Below are positions 27,871 through 39,083 of a stretch of DNA of 64,000 bases, piece by piece. Made by a program: the position numbers and the translations under genes. How positions within the stretch are numbered: the first letter of the stretch is position 1; the number at the start of each line of letters is the position of its first letter. Origin of the DNA: Candidatus Eiseniibacteriota bacterium (lineage in GTDB: Bacteria; Eisenbacteria; RBG-16-71-46); assembly GCA_044222065.1 (NCBI GenBank), contig JBGAOA010000011.1, forward strand, positions 1,862 to 65,861, read 5' to 3'. Below the pieces are notes generated by a model that saw only the letters and a program-made list of their open reading frames with translations, did not search any database and was not told the origin of the DNA.

Positions 27871-28494
27871 ATGCGCGCCACGCTCGTCCCTGCGTTCGCA
27901 CTCGTCTTCGCCGTGACCCTCGCCGCTTCCGTCGTACTCGCTCAGACGGCGCCGCTCGACGGCGCGGCGCCGGGGCGGCTCGTCAGCTTCGGACTCGGCG
28001 GCGGGGTGTCCGTGCCGGTGAGCGACGCGGGGGATGCATTCAAGAACGGCTTCGCCGGTCAGGGCTTCGTGCGCTTCAACCTGCGCCAGCTGCCGGTCGC
28101 GCCGCGCCTCGACTTCACGTTCTCGCGCTTCGACCTCGACGCGGTGCAGATCTCGACGCCCGGCGTCGCGCCGACCGGCACCGGGCAACTGCTCGCCGGA
28201 CTCGGCAGCCTGCAGCTGCCGCTCGTGCGGTCGGGCGCGATCCGTCCGTACCTCGTCGCCGGCGTCGGCGCGTACCGCCTCGAGACCGAAGTGGACGCGA
28301 GCGGCGCGTACGCGGGCGACTCCGAGTCGAGCACGCGCTTCGGCGTCAACGGCGGCGCGGGCGTGCTGTTCCGCTTCGGTTCGGCCGTGAGCGGCTACGT
28401 CGAGGGTCGCGTGGACAACGTGTTCACCGAGAAGGGCGTCATCGACTCGGACCAGATCCAGGTCGTGCCGGTGACGTTCGGACTCGTGTTCTAG
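27871..28494 (+). CDS. outer-membrane beta-barrel protein (OmpA-like barrel domain)
   Basis: ATG 27871 is followed by a signal peptide. The beta-strand periodicity ends in FGLVF. Confidence 0.65.
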   Translation: MRATLVPAFALVFAVTLAASVVLAQTAPLDGAAPGRLVSFGLGGGVSVPVSDAGDAFKNGFAGQGFVRFNLRQLPVAPRLDFTFSRFDLDAVQISTPGVAPTGTGQLLAGLGSLQLPLVRSGAIRPYLVAGVGAYRLETEVDASGAYAGDSESSTRFGVNGGAGVLFRFGSAVSGYVEGRVDNVFTEKGVIDSDQIQVVPVTFGLVF

Positions 28495-28527
28495 CCGCGC
28501 CGCGCGCGCATCTCCCGCAGGACCGCT

Positions 28528-29424
28528 CTACGGCAGTCGCGCGACGCGCACGGTCTCGAGGCGTTCCTCGGACTCGAGTCGAACGAAGAAGAGCCCCGCG
28601 GGCACCCGCGTCCCGGCCGCGTCGCGACCGTCCCAGTCGACCGAGTGCGTTCCGCTCGTGGCGACGTCGTCGAACAGCCGGCGGAGCCTTCGTCCGGCGG
28701 CGTCGAGCACCGTCACGCGTACCCGGCCCGGTGACGTCGTCCCGAACTCGAGCCGGCTCGCGGAAGCCCCGCGCGCGGGATTCGAGGACGCGAGCCGCAG
28801 CCGGGACGCGAGTGCCGTGCTCGCGGGCGCGTCCAGGTTCGGCGATTCGAGCACGAGCGAGAGGTCGTCCTGGCCGCCGTCCGAACTCGCGCCGAAGCTG
28901 CGGCTCGCGAGCAGGTGAATCCGGGCGCTGCGGGTTCCGACGGGAAGCACGCGCTGATCCTGGATCTGCAGCCACGTGTTGAACGGTGCGAAGAGCGTCG
29001 TGCCGAACGAAGCGAGGGCAGAGGAAGCGTTCCGGTACTCGACGGTGAGCCCGCCGACGTCGTTCACGCCGGACGCTTCGTTCGAGCGACCCCATCCCGA
29101 GAAGTGCGCCGTGACGGCCCCGGCGTCGATCAACGACGCGTACGCATCGAGCGCCACGTCCTGCACGAGTTCGTGCGTGTACCCGCCGGAGGGCCCCGCG
29201 ACACCTCCCCAGAAGCAGAACGCTCCCGAGTGCGAGGCGCTCGAGACGTTGTACCCGTGGCCCAGGACGTCGACCCAGTCGGACGTGTTCCCGGTTTCGG
29301 CATCGCCGTTCCGGATCAGGTTGGGCGTGAGGCCGGCTCGGGCCGCGGGAACGGGCGCGAGCAGGAGCATGACAGCGAGGAGCGGGAGCGAGGCGCGGAC
29401 AGGTGCCGCGGACGACCGAGTCAT
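28528..29424 (-). CDS. secreted carbohydrate-binding-like protein with C-terminal sorting/Ig-like domain
   Basis: ATG 29424 has GGAGG 6 nt upstream and is followed by a signal peptide. The C-terminal tail reads RVRVTVLDAAGRRLRRLF..GLFFVRL. Confidence 0.6.
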   Translation of the reverse strand: MTRSSAAPVRASLPLLAVMLLLAPVPAARAGLTPNLIRNGDAETGNTSDWVDVLGHGYNVSSASHSGAFCFWGGVAGPSGGYTHELVQDVALDAYASLIDAGAVTAHFSGWGRSNEASGVNDVGGLTVEYRNASSALASFGTTLFAPFNTWLQIQDQRVLPVGTRSARIHLLASRSFGASSDGGQDDLSLVLESPNLDAPASTALASRLRLASSNPARGASASRLEFGTTSPGRVRVTVLDAAGRRLRRLFDDVATSGTHSVDWDGRDAAGTRVPAGLFFVRLESEERLETVRVARLP

Positions 29425-29606
29425 GAAAGGCCTCCACGAGGAGAGAACGACGCGTGCGGAACCCGTTGGACGGGCGGTGCTCCGTCGGACGAGGTCGCCC
29501 GCGAGAGCGGCGCCGAAGCGCGTATGAAAACGATAACGTTCGAGGGGGCATTTTCCGAACGGGGAGGCGACGCGCGCGGCGCCGCGCGCGGGCGTTCGGC
29601 GACGCT

Positions 29607-29960
29607 TCAGCCGCCTGCCGCGGCCCCCGTCTCGGTCGGCATGCCGGCGGCCACCCAGCCGGTGACGCCCGCCGACAGCACCTTCACGTTGCGGAAGCCG
29701 AAGCCCTTCGCGCGGCGCGCCGCGTTCGGCGCCTTCCGGCACAACGGGCCCGAGCAGTAGAAGACGAGCAGCGCGTCCGGATCGGCGCCGAGGTCGGCGG
29801 CCGCGAACCCCTGCGCGTCCAGGTGACGCGCGCCCGGCACGCGACGTTCGAGCCAGCGAGACTCGGCGTTGACGTCGAACACGGCGACCGCTTCGCGACC
29901 GAGCAGCGCGTGCAGGTCACGCGGCGAGATCTCGGCGAGTCCCATCAGGCGCGCGATCAC
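29607..29960 (-). CDS. rhodanese-domain sulfurtransferase
   Basis: The 117-aa protein carries the active-site loop FYCSGPLCRKA. Confidence 0.7.
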   Translation of the reverse strand: MIARLMGLAEISPRDLHALLGREAVAVFDVNAESRWLERRVPGARHLDAQGFAAADLGADPDALLVFYCSGPLCRKAPNAARRAKGFGFRNVKVLSAGVTGWVAAGMPTETGAAAGG

Positions 29961-29961
29961 C

Positions 29962-30396
29962 CTACGCGTCCTTGCCGGCGCCGGACGACGCGAGCAGCGA
30001 TGCGCGCACGGCGACGAGCACGATCGCGAGCGGCATCAGCACGAACGTTGCGGCGGTCGCCATCGGAACCGGGAGCAGCACCCACGCGAGTCCGAACACG
30101 AGTCCGGCGAGCACCCACGTCCAGCCCGCGAAGCGGTAGAACGCCTGCGCGTTCGCGCGGCGCGTCACGCGCAGCGGGATGCGCTTCGGGATCGAGTTCC
30201 CGGTGAGCACGATGAACGCGGCGAGCAGGATCATGAGCGAGCGGTCGGAGAAGTCGCCGCTCCGCATCCAGCCGGCGCGCGTCGCGAGCTTCACCGAGAG
30301 CGGAATCGCGAGCAAGAGTGCGGCGATCGTGATCGCAACGCGAAGGTCGTCGCGGACTCGGCCGCCGGCGGGGGCGGGGACGTTCGAAGCGGTCAT
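29962..30396 (-). CDS. SdpI/YhfL-like small membrane protein
   Basis: The 144-aa, four-TM protein sits immediately downstream of ArsR with a 4-nt overlap. Confidence 0.5.
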   Translation of the reverse strand: MTASNVPAPAGGRVRDDLRVAITIAALLLAIPLSVKLATRAGWMRSGDFSDRSLMILLAAFIVLTGNSIPKRIPLRVTRRANAQAFYRFAGWTWVLAGLVFGLAWVLLPVPMATAATFVLMPLAIVLVAVRASLLASSGAGKDA

Positions 30397-30728
30397 GTCG
30401 TTCCTCGGAGCGAACGCCGGACCGCGTTCGCGGCCGGCGCGCCGCGGCGTGCGCGGCGGGGGGCGGGGGACTGCAGGCCCACCGTGCTCGCGAACGCGAG
30501 CAGCGCGTCCTCGAGCACCGAGATCTGGAGCTGATAGAGGATCGTGCGCCCGCGCTTTTCGGACGCGAGCAAGTCGGCCTCGACGAGCACCGCGAAGTGG
30601 GCGGACATCGTGGCCTTGGAGACGTCGAAGTGTTCGGCGAGTTCGCCCGCCGACATAGGACCACCGCGCAGGAGCTGCAGCACGCGGCGGCGCGTGGGGT
30701 CGGAGAGGGCCTTGAAGACGCGGTTCAC
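30393..30728 (-). CDS. ArsR/SmtB family transcriptional regulator
   Basis: The LSDPTRRRVLQLL..MSAGELAEHFDVSKATMSAHFAVL HTH motif is present. Confidence 0.8.
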   Translation of the reverse strand: MNRVFKALSDPTRRRVLQLLRGGPMSAGELAEHFDVSKATMSAHFAVLVEADLLASEKRGRTILYQLQISVLEDALLAFASTVGLQSPAPRRARRGAPAANAVRRSLRGTT

Positions 30729-30757
30729 GGGCAGATGTTTAGCTAATCATCGAAATA

Positions 30758-30955
30758 TTGTCGAGGACTTTCGCACGCGAGCGACACGCGGACTCGTTGG
30801 AGGTCGTCACTCGCCGAGCGCGCACGGCGGGCGTCCAGGCGGTGCGCTGGGACGGCCTCGGCGCCGACGGCGCGCGCGTCCGGCCGGGGCTCTGCGTCGT
30901 GCGCGTCCGCGCGGGCGGCCGCGACGCCCTGCGGTCGGTCGTCCAGCTCGACTGA
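30758..30955 (+). pseudogene. orphan fragment of a C-terminal sorting/Ig-like domain (gene remnant)
   Basis: The 65-aa stretch ..VQAVRWDGLGADGARVRPGLCVVRVRAGGRDA.. matches the window's tail-domain family but has no upstream mature domain. An AT-rich patch (30736-30767) lies just 5'. Confidence 0.4.
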
Positions 30956-31139
30956 GCGGGCCGCGCGCCGGGCCGATCCCGGTGCGCGCGAGGCGCCTCG
31001 CGTGGCGGCATCGCCAGGCGTGTCGTCGTTCCGCCGCGGGGCGCGCTCGGCGCGCGGCGGAAATCGCGCGCACGAGAAGGCACACGCCGGTGGCATCCGC
31101 CTTGTTAGCTCCCCACGCTCCCCCGAATCGAGGTGTCGC

Positions 31140-31931
31140 ATGCGTCCGGCCGCGCTCGTGATCCTGGCCCTCCTGCTCACCGGCTGCATGACCGTGCCCG
31201 TCTACCGCCTGACCTCCTTCGATCCGGGTGCGCGCTGGTCGCACGGCCGCCAGTGGGTCGTCCACGACTCGGGCGGGGTTTCGGTCGAGGTGTCCTACGA
31301 CCGCTGCTGGAGCCAGTACGTCCTCTTCCACGTCGTGGTGACGAACTTCACGGACACGATGCTGCGTGTGGACCCCGCGCAATTCACGTACGAGGTTGCG
31401 GGCGAGCGCGAGCACGCGAAGCGGAGGTCGCGACGGTACCCCGCCGTGGACCCGGAGGAGGCGATCCACCGCCTCGACCAGCTCGCCGCCTCGCAGCAGG
31501 GCGCTCACGCGACGTTCGGGTTCCTCGGCCTGCTCTCGGGCGCGGCCGACCTCGTGAACGACATCGCGGAGTCGGGGAAGCGCACCGAGGAAGAGCAGCG
31601 GCAGGACGACGCCGAGGACGCCGAGCGCGAAGCGCTCCGGCAGGATGAGCAGTCCGAGTTCGAGTCGCGCATGTATTCGCTCGAGCAGGAGCGCGACCGC
31701 TGGGCGACGAGCGCGCTGCGCAAGACCGACCTCGCCCCGGGCGAATCCGTCGGCGGCAAGCTGCTGCTGGCCGCCGCTCCCGTGCAGCGCGAGGTGGACA
31801 CGATCGACTACGCGCGCCGCACAGGCGGACGGAAGGAGTGGGAGAAGAAGCCGCCGGCCGCACGGCTCTCGCTCTTCACCCCCGCGCACCTCGGCGGCGA
31901 GCGCCTGGAGTTCAGCGTCATCGGTTGGTGA
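31140..31931 (+). CDS. hypothetical lipoprotein
   Basis: ATG 31140 has GAGG 6 nt upstream. MRPAALVILALLLTGC provides a lipobox, and an acidic coiled region follows. Confidence 0.55.
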   Translation: MRPAALVILALLLTGCMTVPVYRLTSFDPGARWSHGRQWVVHDSGGVSVEVSYDRCWSQYVLFHVVVTNFTDTMLRVDPAQFTYEVAGEREHAKRRSRRYPAVDPEEAIHRLDQLAASQQGAHATFGFLGLLSGAADLVNDIAESGKRTEEEQRQDDAEDAEREALRQDEQSEFESRMYSLEQERDRWATSALRKTDLAPGESVGGKLLLAAAPVQREVDTIDYARRTGGRKEWEKKPPAARLSLFTPAHLGGERLEFSVIGW

Positions 31932-32077
31932 GCGCGTTCGCGTCGCCGCCGGGTCGCGCTTCGAAAACTCGGCGCCGCGAGATTTCGAACCCGAGAGGGC
32001 CGTTCGTCGCTGCGATCCGTTTCGGGGCCGCGATTCTCGCGCCTCGAGCAATCCCGAGATCTTGCGCTCGATGAACG

Positions 32078-32254
32078 AGGATCCGCACGACGAAATCGAC
32101 ATCCCGCCGGGCCTTCTTCGCACACGCCGGCTCGAGCGACCCGTCGCTCGAGCTCTACGAAGGCTACTGCCACGACCTGCTGCGCGACGTCGGCCGGGAG
32201 CAGGTGCTCGCGGACGTCACGGACTGGATCGAGGCGCGGATCGAGCGGGCCTGA
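32078..32254 (+). pseudogene. 3' fragment of an alpha/beta-hydrolase (lysophospholipase-like) gene
   Basis: ..SDPSLELYEGYCHDLLRDVGREQVLADVTDWIEARIERA* looks like the C-terminal helix and catalytic His region of an MGL-like hydrolase. There is no upstream ORF in frame. Confidence 0.35.
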
Positions 32255-32255
32255 G

Positions 32256-34343
32256 TCAGCGCCGCACGATCAGCTTCTGCTGCTTCCGGGACCCGGCGGC
32301 CTCGAGCCGCGCGAAGTACACGCCCGCGGGTGCCGCGACTCCGGCGGCGTCGCGCGCGTCCCAGCGCGCGGCGTGTTCGCCGGGATCCAGGACGCGCTCG
32401 ACGAGCGTCGCGACGCGCCGGCCCGTCACGTCCACGATCGAAAGCCGCACGCCGGTCGCGATCGGGAGCGCGAAGCGCAGCGTCGCGCCGTCCGCTCCGA
32501 ACGGATTCGGGGCCGGTGACGCGAGCGTGACGCCGTTGGGCGCATTCGCCTCGAGCGGCGCGTCCACGAGACAGCCCTGGAGCGCGGCGCGGATCTCCTC
32601 GCGGAACATCTCGCGGCACGCGTTCGCGACGCGTATCGCGGCGCCGTTCTGATCGAGCGCGAGATTCACGAACGCGCCGAAGCCGTACTCGACGCCCCCC
32701 GAGACTCCGCACTGCGGGAGGCGCGCCCAGCCCGCGCGCGCGAAGTAACCGCGCCCCGGATCGTTCGGAAACGGATCGAGCCCGTAGCCGCCCGGCTTGT
32801 AGCGCACCGCGATGCCGCTCTGGAACGCCGCGAGCACGCCCGGAGACAAGCCGAGCGAAGCGCCTTCCTCGGCGGCGATGTCCCGCAGATGCGTCTCCAT
32901 GCTGGAACCGGGTCCGGCCATGTAGCTGAACAGCGTGTCGCGCCACTGGGGCGAGATCGCGCTCGCGCGGGCGATGTTCTCGTAGATGCGGCACATGTCG
33001 GCCGGCGTGAAGCGGCCGGGGCTCACGACGGCCTCTTCGCCGCACCCGATCGTGTGGCCGACCGCCGAATTCAACACCCCGCCCCACGTCGCGGCCGTTG
33101 CGTTGATCGAGTCCATGCCGAAGTGCGAGCGGACGAACTGCGTCGCCGCGTTGTCCGAGTTCATCATCATGAGCCAGACGACCTTCCGCAGCGGCAGGTA
33201 CAGGTACGGACTGCCGCCCGTGGGGCAGCTGCTCCCGGTCGCGATGTAGCCGTTGCCCACGAAGTACGGGTCGTCGAGTCCGTCCAGGCCCTGCTGCACG
33301 CGGCGCATCACGTGCAGCTCGTGGAAGATCTTGAGCGCGCTCGCCGGTTCGCTCTCGTAGTCGTCGTTCAGACCGCCGACGACCGCGCCGTTCACGCGCT
33401 TGAGCTGGAAGCCCGTCACGCCGTCCGACCCGTATCCGAGCACGTCCCCGATGCGCTGCACGAAGCCGCTCTCGTTGTTGGTCAGCGTGACCGCGTAGCG
33501 CGTCTGCACGGTCAGGCCGACGAGCACGTTGTACGCCTCGAGGTCCCCGATGCGCGCCCCGTATTGCGCGCACAGCCCGTCGAGCGCGCTCGCGGGCTGG
33601 TCGAAGAACCACCACTGGCGCGCCGCCCACGTGCCCGTGTTCGGCACGAGGATCGCGTTGAAGCGCCGCGAGCCGCTCTCGAGATAGGTCTCGACCGAGT
33701 AGAGCCGCGCGTTGTTCGACGACTGGAACGCGTTGAGGCTCGCTTCGGTCTCGCCGAGGAGCCACCACCAGCCCGTCGCCTCCGCGCCGGTGTTCCGGAC
33801 CATGAGGCACGTGTAGAGCCGCGTGCCGCTGACGACGTAGGTCTCGAGGTCGATCAGGCGCGCGTCGTTCTGGTTGAGCAGCGTTCCGATCTCGGCCGCC
33901 GTCTTGTCCACGTAGAACCACGTGTCGCGCTGGTACGGGCCGGTGTTGCCCACCATCACGCCGGCGAAGCGCACGGCGCCGGAAACGAGGTAACGCTCGA
34001 CGTCGATCAGGCGCGCCTGGTTCGCGGTGACGGCCGCGCGCAGCTGCGCCTCGGTCTGGTGGTAGGCCCACGACGTGCCGTTCTCGAAGTTCGCGTTCGA
34101 GTTCTCGACGAGCACGGCCGCGAACTCGGGAGGATCGGCCTGCTCGACCTCGAGGTCGTGCAGGCGCTTCGTCGAGTGCACCCCGAGGAAGTAGGCGAGC
34201 GCGGCCGGAGTGAGACCGGTCGCGTGCGCGGAAGACGTGATCGCCTCCGTGCGACGGGCATCGCCCGCGACGGCCGAGCCGGCGACGCAAAGGGCGCAGA
34301 TCGCCAGTGCCGTCAACGATGTCAGGTTCGAAGTCCGCGACAT
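32256..34343 (-). CDS. secreted protein: 51-aa tandem repeats + class A beta-lactamase-like serine-hydrolase domain + C-terminal sorting/Ig-like domain
   Basis: ATG 34343 has GGAGG upstream and is followed by a signal peptide. The motifs SALK .. 61 aa .. SDN .. KPG have class A spacing. The C-terminal tail reads RLSIVDVTGRRVATL..GVYFARL. Confidence 0.6.
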   Translation of the reverse strand: MSRTSNLTSLTALAICALCVAGSAVAGDARRTEAITSSAHATGLTPAALAYFLGVHSTKRLHDLEVEQADPPEFAAVLVENSNANFENGTSWAYHQTEAQLRAAVTANQARLIDVERYLVSGAVRFAGVMVGNTGPYQRDTWFYVDKTAAEIGTLLNQNDARLIDLETYVVSGTRLYTCLMVRNTGAEATGWWWLLGETEASLNAFQSSNNARLYSVETYLESGSRRFNAILVPNTGTWAARQWWFFDQPASALDGLCAQYGARIGDLEAYNVLVGLTVQTRYAVTLTNNESGFVQRIGDVLGYGSDGVTGFQLKRVNGAVVGGLNDDYESEPASALKIFHELHVMRRVQQGLDGLDDPYFVGNGYIATGSSCPTGGSPYLYLPLRKVVWLMMMNSDNAATQFVRSHFGMDSINATAATWGGVLNSAVGHTIGCGEEAVVSPGRFTPADMCRIYENIARASAISPQWRDTLFSYMAGPGSSMETHLRDIAAEEGASLGLSPGVLAAFQSGIAVRYKPGGYGLDPFPNDPGRGYFARAGWARLPQCGVSGGVEYGFGAFVNLALDQNGAAIRVANACREMFREEIRAALQGCLVDAPLEANAPNGVTLASPAPNPFGADGATLRFALPIATGVRLSIVDVTGRRVATLVERVLDPGEHAARWDARDAAGVAAPAGVYFARLEAAGSRKQQKLIVRR
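33474..34172 (-). repeat. about 153-nt coding tandem repeats (about 4.5 copies)
   Basis: ARLIDxExY..SG.R......V.NTG units recur every 51 aa. Confidence 0.5.
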
Positions 34344-34661
34344 GAGCCCTCCTCGGGACGAGTTCCGAGGGAGTAGTCCCTGAAATCGACGAGGAGGGGA
34401 CACCCGCGGACGGCCGCGGGCTTCGACAAATCGCCGCCACCACCCTCAAGGAATCAGGCGAGGCGGCGATGATTGCGAGGGTCGGCCGGGGACCCGGTGC
34501 CGTGGAGGGGTCTCCCTCCGCCATGCCCGCCGCGGAGGCCGTGCGGCCCGCATGCACCGAGGCGCGAGGCGCCCCCCGGACGTTCGCGTCCGGAGAACCG
34601 CCGCATTCCCTCGGACGCGCCCACTTTCGGCCTCGGGATCGGCGGCATCACGGAGGTCGAG

Positions 34662-36413
<1,752 letters not shown>

Positions 36414-36744
36414 CCGAGCGGTCGAGCCGGCGCGGACATCGAAACGACCCTGGCGCGGACGGCCCTCACGCATGCGTGTCGCCTGGCTCCGCCCGCATCG
36501 CCGCGCTTGACGCCGCGCTCGAGTCACCCGCCCGACGCCGCGTCGGGCGGCCACGCGCCGATCCGCTGTCGCGACGCCACGATCTTGCCGAGGCGGAGAG
36601 GGACAGTTCCGAGACAGTTCGGTGAACAGAGAGGGCGGCAAGCCGCCGGAAGATCCTGCGGCCTCATGGAGGAAGCCGGCGTCCCCAACGGGATTCGAAT
36701 CCCTTGACTCCGCTCGCATCGCCGCTCACATTGCGTCTCGACAT

Positions 36745-36945
36745 CTTCCGGGTGCCCACGCTCGGTGGGGAAAAGGGAAGGGGGTGCGAATCCCCCACGG
36801 TCCCGCCACTGTGAAGGGCGAGGGAGCCTCAGAACGTCACGGATCGCGACGCGATCCGGAAGACGAGGTTCCCCGGGGACGCGACGCCGCGCATCGCGCG
36901 TGACGCCGCGCCCCACGCCCCAAGTCAGGAAACCTGCCCGGAAGC
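36745..36945 (+). promoter_or_regulatory. cobalamin (B12) riboswitch
   Basis: In correct order the element contains GGUGCC, GGGAA-AGGGAAGG, GGUGCGAAUCC, CCCGCCACUGU (36795-36812) and the B12 box GUCAGGAAACCUGCC (36924-36938). It sits upstream of a TonB-dependent receptor. Confidence 0.7.
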
Positions 36946-36993
36946 CATTCGCCCGACGCGCCTCGACGAACGCGCGTGCGGAGTGGCGTCTCT

Positions 36994-37032
36994 GCCCTTC
37001 TCCGTGCGCACCCGTCCGGCGGAAGGGCTTTT
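36994..37032 (+). terminator. riboswitch expression-platform terminator-like hairpin
   Basis: GCCCUUC...GAAGGGC forms a stem followed by UUUU, 23 nt before the receptor ATG. Confidence 0.45.
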
Positions 37033-37054
37033 CGATTGAGGCGCGAGAGACGCC

Positions 37055-39082
37055 ATGATCGTTCCGCTGCTTCTGAGCCTCGCGCTCGCCGCCGCACCCG
37101 CGGACACGGCGAGCCGATGCGAACCCGTCCTCACCCTTCCCGAGCAGCGCGTGAACGACACGCGCTCCCCCTCGCTCGCCGAACGACGCGTGCCAACGGG
37201 CTTCGTCGCGAGCCTGCGCCCCGCCGACCGCACGCAGGCGCTGCAGTCGTTCAGCGACGTGTTCGCCGACGTCACCGGCGCGCGCATCGTCCAGTACGGC
37301 GGGCTCGGCGCGTTCGCGACCGTGTCGCTGCGCGGCGCGCCGCCCGGCCAGGTGAGCGTGTACCTCGACGGCACGCCGATGAACTCCGCGGCCTCGAGCG
37401 TCGTGAACCTCGCCGACCTGCCGATCGCGCCGATCGAGCGCGTCGAGGTCTATCGCGGTTCGAGCCCGCTCTCGCTCGGCGGTGCGGCGCCGGGCGGAGC
37501 GATCCAGCTCGTGTCGCTGTCGCGGCCCGAAGTGCGCGAGCTCAAGCTCACGCGCGGCTCGTTCGGTTCGTGGGAGGGCCGTGCGAGCGCGGGCGCGCGC
37601 CGCGGCGCGTTCGAAGGCGTGCTGCACGCGGGCTACCTCGGCTCGAACGGCGACTACGCCTACGACGACGACAACGGCACGCCGTTGAACGCCGCCGACG
37701 ACAGCGTGAGCACGCGCGCGAACAACCGGCTCGATGCCGTGAACGCGCTCGCGAGCGTGGCGTGGAATCCGGCGGGGCCATTGCGCGCGGTGCTGCGCCA
37801 GCACCTGTTCCGGCGCGCGGGCGGCGTCGCGGGGCTCGGCGCGGTGCCGGCGCGTCACGCGCGACTCGAGTCGCGGCGCACGCTCACGCAGTTCGAGGTG
37901 CACGACCGCGGCGGCGCGTGGCGGCCGCGGCTCGCGCTGCGCGGCTCGCTCGGCCGCGAACGCGGCGACTTCGACGACGCGATCGGCGAACTCGGGCTCG
38001 GACGCCATGACGCGACGCAGCGCTTCGCGAGCGAGCAAGGGGCGCTCGAGGCCGAGTGGCCGACGCTCCCGCGCGGCGTGCTGCTCGAAGGCGCGCTCTC
38101 GGCGCGGAACGAGCGCGCCGACGTCGGCGACCGCGCCGACGGCGCGCCGGATGCGCCGCGCAGCCGGCGCTCGACGCGCTCGGGCGTGGCCGGCGTGCGG
38201 CTGCGCCCGCTCGGCGACCACGTGCTGCTGCGTGCGGCGCGGCGCTGGGACCGCGTCGAGGACCGGCTCAACGTCGCGGGCTTCGGCGGGGCGATCGCGA
38301 CGACGCACGCGGCGCGCACGCTCGATTCGCCGCAGCTCGGCGCGGCCGTGCGCCCGTTCGAGTCGTTCGAACTGCGCGCGAACTGGGCGCGCGCGAGCCG
38401 GCCGCCGGACTTCGCCGAGCTGTTCGGCAACCAGGGCAGCGTGCTCGGGAACGCGAATCTGAAGGAGGAGCGGAGCGAGAACTGGGATGCGGGGGCGCGT
38501 CTCGCGACGCGCTCCGCGCCCGGCGCGCGCCGCTTCGGCGCGAGCGCCGAGTTCGCGCACTTCGTCTCGCACGCGCGCGACCTCATCCTGTACGTGCGCA
38601 ATTCGCAAAGCAGCGTGAAGGCGCAGAACGTCTCGGCGGCGCGCATCGAGGGCGACGAGCTGACGCTCACGCTCGACACGCCCTGGACGCTCGCCGCGAG
38701 CGCGCACGCGACGCGCGAGGACGCGCGCGACACGGGCCCGGTGCCGTCCTGGAGCGGCAAGCGACTGCCGCAGCGCCCGGGTCTCGAGGCCGGCGCGCGC
38801 ATCGAATGGCGCCCGGCGCCGTTCCGGCTCGCCGCCGACGTCCACTACCTCGGCGACGACTACCTCGACCGTTTCAACCGCTACCGCGAGACGAGCCGCA
38901 CGCTCGTCGGCGCGTCGCTGCGCTGGTCGCCGCCGTCCTCGCCGTTCGAGCTGACGCTCGAGGGCAAGAACCTCGGCGACGTGCGCGCCGCCGACGTCGG
39001 CGGCTTCCCGCTTCCCGGCCGCAGCCTGTGGATCGCGGCCGGATACCGACACGACGCGGCGTCGCGCCGCGAGGAGAACTGA
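37055..39082 (+). CDS. TonB-dependent receptor (BtuB-like, B12 riboswitch-controlled)
   Basis: The 675-aa protein has a signal peptide, a plug domain and a barrel. It ends in an aromatic-rich C-terminus. Confidence 0.8.
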   Translation: MIVPLLLSLALAAAPADTASRCEPVLTLPEQRVNDTRSPSLAERRVPTGFVASLRPADRTQALQSFSDVFADVTGARIVQYGGLGAFATVSLRGAPPGQVSVYLDGTPMNSAASSVVNLADLPIAPIERVEVYRGSSPLSLGGAAPGGAIQLVSLSRPEVRELKLTRGSFGSWEGRASAGARRGAFEGVLHAGYLGSNGDYAYDDDNGTPLNAADDSVSTRANNRLDAVNALASVAWNPAGPLRAVLRQHLFRRAGGVAGLGAVPARHARLESRRTLTQFEVHDRGGAWRPRLALRGSLGRERGDFDDAIGELGLGRHDATQRFASEQGALEAEWPTLPRGVLLEGALSARNERADVGDRADGAPDAPRSRRSTRSGVAGVRLRPLGDHVLLRAARRWDRVEDRLNVAGFGGAIATTHAARTLDSPQLGAAVRPFESFELRANWARASRPPDFAELFGNQGSVLGNANLKEERSENWDAGARLATRSAPGARRFGASAEFAHFVSHARDLILYVRNSQSSVKAQNVSAARIEGDELTLTLDTPWTLAASAHATREDARDTGPVPSWSGKRLPQRPGLEAGARIEWRPAPFRLAADVHYLGDDYLDRFNRYRETSRTLVGASLRWSPPSSPFELTLEGKNLGDVRAADVGGFPLPGRSLWIAAGYRHDAASRREEN

Positions 39083-39083
39083 C

